Assembly: GCA_045863335.1 (NCBI GenBank)
Contig: BTVY01000001.1
Span: 32,001-96,000 of the forward strand
Length of the DNA stretch: 64,000 nt
Origin: Candidatus Hydrogenedentota bacterium
GTDB lineage: Bacteria > Hydrogenedentota > Hydrogenedentia > Hydrogenedentales > SLHB01
Reading direction: 5' to 3'
Shown in pieces: positions 58,995 through 64,000 of this stretch (positions are counted from its first letter, which is position 1; every line of letters starts with the position of its first letter). The position numbers and the translations under genes were made by a program. Under the pieces are notes generated by a model that made no database searches, was not told where the DNA came from, and saw only the letters and a program-made list of their open reading frames with translations.

Positions 58995-60383
58995 TCAGGC
59001 ACCCTCATCCAGGCCGTATTGCGTGATTCGACGCCGCAAGGTCTGGTAGCTCATCCCCAAGTGGTCCGCCGCTTTACGACGATTCCACTGGAACCGATCC
59101 AGGGCGTCGAGGATCCGCTCCGGCTCGGGCCGATCATCGGGGGCGGAATCTGCGGCCACGTTCTCCGGTTCCGCGGCTGGCATCGAACCGCCGGACGATC
59201 GCAGCGCGCGAGGGTTGGGTGGCGTAAGCGGCTGTTTTCCTAAGGCGAGCCAACGCTTGATCGTGCTTTCCAGTTCGCGGACATTGCCCGGCCAATGGTG
59301 GTTGGCCAATTCCGACAAATCTTCCACACTCACCCGCGTTTCCGCGTCCGCGGAGAATCGCCCGTGCTTCTGCATGAAATGACGAACCAGCAACGGAACG
59401 TCTTCCTTTCTCGCAGACAACGGCGGCACCCAAACGCAGACTTCGTTAAGCCGGAAATACAGGTCCCCGCGGAACGAGCCGTCTTTCGTCTTGGCCTCCA
59501 GATCGGCGTTGGTGGCGGCGATGATCTGGACATCGACCGTGATTTGCCGGCGTCCGCCGAGCTTGGTGAATTCTTTGTGCTCGATGACCTGGAGCAGTTT
59601 CGCCTGAAGGTTGGGATGCATGTCGCCGATCTCATCGAGAAAAATAATCCCCCGGTGAGCCAGTTCAAACCGCCCCGGTTTTGCGGTAACTGCGCCGGTG
59701 AACGCGCCCTTCTCGTAACCGAATAGCTCGCTCTCTAACAATTGCTCGGGGAGTGCCGTGCAGTTCACCTTCACGAACGGCCTGCTGGACCGGCGGGAAA
59801 GCCGGTGTATTTCCCGCGCCACCATGTCTTTTCCGGTCCCGCTCTCACCGCGAAGCAAACAATTCAGGTCGGTTTGCGCAATCTGTTTGATCACCGTGCG
59901 CAGTTCCTGCATGGCGGGGCTGATACCGATCAGCAGCGTGTCGTCTGCCCCGGGGCGTTGCGCCGAGGTTTGCTGCCGCGACGCCGCGCCCTGCGTGGGC
60001 GAGTCCAGGGCGCGATTCAAGGCGCTTCGAACTTCGGCCAAGCTGAAGGGTTTCGGCAGGAAATCGGCCGCTCCACGCCGGATGCAATCGATGACAAGGT
60101 TCGGCGGTGAATCCACGGCCACACAAATCACGCGCGGCGCGCCCGGCGCGTCGACCATCATGGTCAGGACTTCTTGCGTCAATCCGGCTTCGGGCAGGAC
60201 TTCCATGATAATCGCCGAGATGTTGATGTCGCCGGCGATGCTTAACGCATCGCTGACGGAACCGACCGCCCGAACTTCAAAACCGGATCGCGCCAAACCC
60301 TTTTCCAGCGCCCACCGGACGCCGGGGTCGGTGTCCAGTACCACGACGATGCGCCGGCCGGCGGATGACTCTTCCTGAACCAT
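58995..60383 (-). CDS. Sigma54-dependent enhancer-binding protein (NtrC family) with atypical receiver
   Basis: GESGTGKD, ESELFG.EKGAFTGA, FLDEIG, WPGNVREL, Fis-type HTH; receiver reads LDTD and IIME (Glu at the phosphoacceptor). Confidence 0.93.
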   Translation of the reverse strand: MVQEESSAGRRIVVVLDTDPGVRWALEKGLARSGFEVRAVGSVSDALSIAGDINISAIIMEVLPEAGLTQEVLTMMVDAPGAPRVICVAVDSPPNLVIDCIRRGAADFLPKPFSLAEVRSALNRALDSPTQGAASRQQTSAQRPGADDTLLIGISPAMQELRTVIKQIAQTDLNCLLRGESGTGKDMVAREIHRLSRRSSRPFVKVNCTALPEQLLESELFGYEKGAFTGAVTAKPGRFELAHRGIIFLDEIGDMHPNLQAKLLQVIEHKEFTKLGGRRQITVDVQIIAATNADLEAKTKDGSFRGDLYFRLNEVCVWVPPLSARKEDVPLLVRHFMQKHGRFSADAETRVSVEDLSELANHHWPGNVRELESTIKRWLALGKQPLTPPNPRALRSSGGSMPAAEPENVAADSAPDDRPEPERILDALDRFQWNRRKAADHLGMSYQTLRRRITQYGLDEGA

Positions 60384-60400
60384 GATTCCACCCTGCGCGT

Positions 60401-62065
60401 TCACAATACAGGCTCCCATCGGCGGGACGGATTCGTCGCGTTTCGAGGCAACTGTATTCGAACCGTGGTTCGGACCTGATCCGCGACCTCAACCGACAGA
60501 CTTCCGCCACAAGCATGGACCGTGCGCTCCGCAAGCTGAAGCACGGGGTTCACCGCGGCGGACCCGGACAATTCATCGCGGGCCTGCGATGACGCGGCGG
60601 CGCTGCCGGTTGCTTTGTAGGCGACTTCGAAGGCGACGTGTTGATTGTCCGATTCCTGCAATCGAAGCGTTATGGTGCCTCCCATCTCCACCGAGCGCAG
60701 ACTTCCCAGAATCACGTCGAGAATGGTGCGCGCGAGGGTGGTCCCATTCAACAATACGCACTCGCATTCAGACTGAAACTCGCGCTTGATGGTGACACCG
60801 CGATTTTGAATCGCCACGGTGAGCATGTCGAGCGCCTGCTCCACGTAATCCGCCAGCGTCACGGTCTCGACCGCGTTCTCCCGCAGGGTCGACAACTTTC
60901 GAAACTCTTGGGTTTGCCGGCGCAAACGGTCCGCGTTCTCCGCGACAATGGCCAGCCCCTGCTCCGCCTCCTTGTTGTCGATCGTCTCCGATACGAACTC
61001 CACGGCAGTCTGGATCGCGGTAAGCGGCTGGATAAAATTGCGGGCAAGTTCGATCCCAATGTTCCCCAGGCTGGCATGGTGCGCGACATGGTAGAGCAAT
61101 TGTCCACGCTCCCATTCGAACGCCAGGAAATAGGCGCAGGTGTCCAGGAATTCCGAATCTGACACATCCGGCTCGCGCCCCTTGACCAGCATGAATGCCA
61201 CGGTGCTCGTCGTCCCGGACCTCGAAACCTGGGGATAGACCAGAAAGTCCAGGGCGTCCACGTCGATTCCGCCAATATGGACCGTCGATTCCCGAACCAA
61301 AAGCCCGGGGTCGGCCTCGGCCAAAACGGAGTCGTACCCCGATAGGGACATGGACTCCGACCCCAGGAACTCCACTTCCAGGGCGCCTTCCGGTTGCACG
61401 GCCATCAGGAGCTTGCGACGGGTGGCATTGCACAGCGCCAAACCGCGCAATGGGAGGTGGCTCGCAAGTTCCGCAAAGACCTGGCGGAACAAGTGCTCAT
61501 CCGTGTAGTACTCCGTGGACATTTGAGCCAGGCGAAGCAGCGCGCGAAGCCTCGAATTGCTCACCTCGCACGCCGAAGCGTACTGTCGAATATCCGCGGT
61601 GGCCGCCTCGACTCGAGCGCGTAGTTGCTCGCGTTCTTCCAGAAGCAGGCGGAACAACTCGGCCCGCTCCATCGCCATGGCGTGGTGGGCCATGGCCCGG
61701 CTTACTGCCGCGCGCAAGGTGATCAAATCGACCGGCTTTCGCAAATAGTCAAAGGCCCCGCCGCGCATCGTGTCGATGATCGTCTCCGCCGACGTGTCGC
61801 CCGTTAAGACCATGAGCACGGTGCAGGGATCCTCGCTCGAGAAGTCAGACAACAGGGTTAACCCGTTCCCGTCCGGCAGTCCCAGATCGATAAGTGCGCA
61901 GGCGTATTTCCCTTTCGAGAAAAGATCCCGTCCCTCGGCGCAAGTGGACGCGCACTCGCACTCGTACCCCTCGCGGCGCAACACTTCCCGCAGTAGGTTA
62001 CGCTGGGCCTGTTCGTCCTCGACGATCAGGAAGCGGGGGGACGCTTCTGCAATGACCTTTTCCAA
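60401..62065 (-). CDS. REC + GAF-like + degenerate histidine-kinase-like protein
   Basis: Intact REC (VEDE, IDLGLP, LTG, KP); H-box region reads ELARNFIQPL (no His); N and G boxes degenerate. Confidence 0.82.
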   Translation of the reverse strand: MEKVIAEASPRFLIVEDEQAQRNLLREVLRREGYECECASTCAEGRDLFSKGKYACALIDLGLPDGNGLTLLSDFSSEDPCTVLMVLTGDTSAETIIDTMRGGAFDYLRKPVDLITLRAAVSRAMAHHAMAMERAELFRLLLEEREQLRARVEAATADIRQYASACEVSNSRLRALLRLAQMSTEYYTDEHLFRQVFAELASHLPLRGLALCNATRRKLLMAVQPEGALEVEFLGSESMSLSGYDSVLAEADPGLLVRESTVHIGGIDVDALDFLVYPQVSRSGTTSTVAFMLVKGREPDVSDSEFLDTCAYFLAFEWERGQLLYHVAHHASLGNIGIELARNFIQPLTAIQTAVEFVSETIDNKEAEQGLAIVAENADRLRRQTQEFRKLSTLRENAVETVTLADYVEQALDMLTVAIQNRGVTIKREFQSECECVLLNGTTLARTILDVILGSLRSVEMGGTITLRLQESDNQHVAFEVAYKATGSAAASSQARDELSGSAAVNPVLQLAERTVHACGGSLSVEVADQVRTTVRIQLPRNATNPSRRWEPVL

Positions 62066-62323
62066 GAGTTAGGCACTCGCGAACAGTTTACGCATTAATG
62101 AGCATTAGCGCACTCAGCTATTATCGTATAGATCAAGCGGGCACTTGTCAAGAATGTTCCTGACTTCCCATCGCGAACATTGTTCAAATTCCATCAAAAA
62201 GTTGTCAACTATGACAATCTTAGTTCCAGAGTTTACAATGCCACAATGAATAGCAAGAATTCAATATTCCGCTAAGCTATTATCTAACAAAACCTTAAAA
62301 ACACATTCACTTGACGAAAACTA

Positions 62324-62340
62324 TTGGCACATCATTTGCT
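62324..62340 (+). promoter_or_regulatory. Consensus sigma54 promoter upstream of the degenerate GGDEF gene
   Basis: TTGGCACATCATTTGCT; palindrome TTGTCA-ACTA-TGACAA (62202-62217) about 110 bp upstream is a candidate enhancer. Confidence 0.85.
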
Positions 62341-62373
62341 CACCCAATTGATGCGCTGGGGAGGAGCCTTTGA

Positions 62374-62937
62374 ATGGACGATATCCAGAAGTTAAAGACT
62401 GCCATCGACGATCTGCAAAATCGACTGCGCGAGGAAGTCCAACTTCGTACCGAATTGGAACGCAGGTGTCACCTGCTTGAAAAACTGGCGTACCGGGATC
62501 CGGCAAGCGGCCTTCGCACGGAAACCTATCTCCACGCGCGCGTCCGTGAGGAAATCGAGCGATCAATTCGGTATCCCGCATCGACGACCCTACTCACGTT
62601 GTCCGTCCCTGATGCAGTCGATGACATCCTCTCCCGTCTCGGGATGCATCTCACCGATGAACTCCGTTCGACCGATCAAGTGTTCAGTTTGAACCGCAGG
62701 GGCCTCGCGATTCTCCTCGTGGAAACCCCTGAGGACGGTGCCCACCGGGTTCTCGATCGATTGCGCGCCGACTTGGAGCAGTTCGTGAAAGAGTACGGGT
62801 ACACGATTACGAGCTTTCCGGTAGACGCTAACCTTGCCGACGATTTCATGAATCTGGCGATCGAGCGCCACAAGAGCATGTCCGACGGGCTTCAAATGGG
62901 CTCGAGCGGCACTGCCGCCTCTCAATCGTACAACTGA
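62374..62937 (+). CDS. Coiled-coil + degenerate GGDEF-fold protein
   Basis: LAYRDPASGL, EIERSIRY, LRSTD...LAILL.ET...GA align with GGDEF domains, but the GG(D/E)EF motif is replaced by NRRGL; RBS GGAGGAG. Confidence 0.75.
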   Translation: MDDIQKLKTAIDDLQNRLREEVQLRTELERRCHLLEKLAYRDPASGLRTETYLHARVREEIERSIRYPASTTLLTLSVPDAVDDILSRLGMHLTDELRSTDQVFSLNRRGLAILLVETPEDGAHRVLDRLRADLEQFVKEYGYTITSFPVDANLADDFMNLAIERHKSMSDGLQMGSSGTAASQSYN

Positions 62938-63123
62938 TCGCTGCCCAATTTCCGCGAATCACGGGGGCCGAGTTCTACGTTGGACCTCTCACCCGCCTTG
63001 TAACGCTGGCGTCCCAGATGCTAACTTCTACCACTGTCCAGAACACGTATTACCGTGTTGGGCGGCACAATTCCCTGCTCCCCCAAAGTGTGAGTCCATC
63101 CAACCAGCGGAGAGCCCAAGTCC

Positions 63124-64000
63124 GTGAAAGCTGTAAAGTGGTACGCCCCGCGCGACATGCGCTTGGTAGAGATTCCCATTCCCACACCGAAGCCCGAGGA
63201 GGCTCTGATCCGGATCGAGTCGACCGGCGTCTGCGGCTCGGATATGCACTACTACGTGGACGGGCGCATCGGCAAGACCATCATGACGGAGCCCCTGATC
63301 CTTGGGCACGAGTACGCGGGAATCGTCGAGGCGGTTGGTCCGGAGGCGGACTCGACATTGATCGGGAAACGCGTCGCCGTCGAACCGGGTATCCCGTGCC
63401 TGCGCTGTGAATACTGCCTGAAAGGGCACTACAACGTTTGCACCAGCCTTCAGTTTCCCGGGGGTCCGCCCAACGACGGCGCCTTGTGCGAGTACATCGC
63501 CGTCCACGCGGCCTTCTGCTTCCCCGTCCCCGATGTTATCACCCCGGCCGAGGCGGCGATGATTGAGCCGCTGGCCGTGGCCCTGCACACGATCGAACTC
63601 GCCCACCTCAGGCCTGGCGAAACCGTGGCGATCCTGGGACTCGGCCCCATCGGCCTGCTCACCGCGCAAGTCGCGAAAGTTGCCGGGGCAAAGCAGGTGA
63701 TCGGTACGGACCTGCTCGAGTACCGCGTCGCCAGCGCGAAGAAGTACGGCGTCGATTCCGCAGTGAACGTTTCCGCGGCGGACACCATCGAAGCCGTCAT
63801 GGAAGCGACGAACGGACGCGGCGTCGACGTGGCCATCGACTGCGCTCGCTCCGTGGATACGCCCGCATTGGCTTGTCGCGTCGCGCGTCCTGCCGGCCGT
63901 TGCGTGCTCACGGGGATTTCGGGCGAGGAGTATGGCCAGTTCCCCGTAGACATCGCCCGGCGCAAGGAACTCACTGTCACCTGGTGCCGGCGCTTCCGAT
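63124..64000 (+). CDS. Zinc-dependent (sorbitol/L-iditol-type) alcohol dehydrogenase, 3' truncated by window
   Basis: Read by hand from GTG at 63124: GVCGSDMHYY, LGHEY, C..C..C..G.YN.C, IEPL, G.GPIG; absent from the ORF track because it runs off the end. Confidence 0.92.
   Translation, partial: MKAVKWYAPRDMRLVEIPIPTPKPEEALIRIESTGVCGSDMHYYVDGRIGKTIMTEPLILGHEYAGIVEAVGPEADSTLIGKRVAVEPGIPCLRCEYCLKGHYNVCTSLQFPGGPPNDGALCEYIAVHAAFCFPVPDVITPAEAAMIEPLAVALHTIELAHLRPGETVAILGLGPIGLLTAQVAKVAGAKQVIGTDLLEYRVASAKKYGVDSAVNVSAADTIEAVMEATNGRGVDVAIDCARSVDTPALACRVARPAGRCVLTGISGEEYGQFPVDIARRKELTVTWCRRFR

Overview
A GC-rich (about 60-65% by eye) bacterial chromosomal window with about 48 CDSs. I saw no rRNA, tRNA, CRISPR array, integrase or transposase. 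Gene content (PEP-CTERM protein, many secreted carbohydrate-active enzymes, DUF1573 protein, eukaryote-like UAP, DapL) suggests an environmental diderm such as Hydrogenedentota or a PVC-like lineage; this is inference only. In order: a partial sialidase-like gene; a PAS kinase / REC-HD-GYP / REC-HDOD operon; a DUF2442-DUF4160 pair; a DUF5060 lipoprotein; a lower-GC three-gene island (7203-11600); secreted enzymes and an SSS transporter; a sugar-acid cluster (SDR, HAD, pdxB, LarA-like epimerase, PPi-PFK, gnd, TIM isomerase, 2-hydroxyacid dehydrogenase); purO-AAA-TPR-purB-DAGK; UAP, zinc-finger, DUF1573 and kinase genes; cpoB-pal; dapL; a czcICBA-like efflux operon; beta-helix, GH95 and CE15 genes; and a sigma54 locus next to a PEP-CTERM gene. 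The best candidate for an undescribed system is the translationally coupled island: a TIR-ORC/CDC6-like ATPase, a tandem CARF/DUF6293-like protein and an orphan N4-cytosine-type DNA methyltransferase, probably a methylation-guarded anti-phage system. Second is the sigma54 locus built from three degenerate signalling proteins: a His-less kinase, an enhancer-binding protein with Glu at the phosphoacceptor, and a GGDEF-fold protein lacking the motif. A ~165-bp element with 37-bp inverted termini occurs three times. All calls come from motif recognition; no searches were run.
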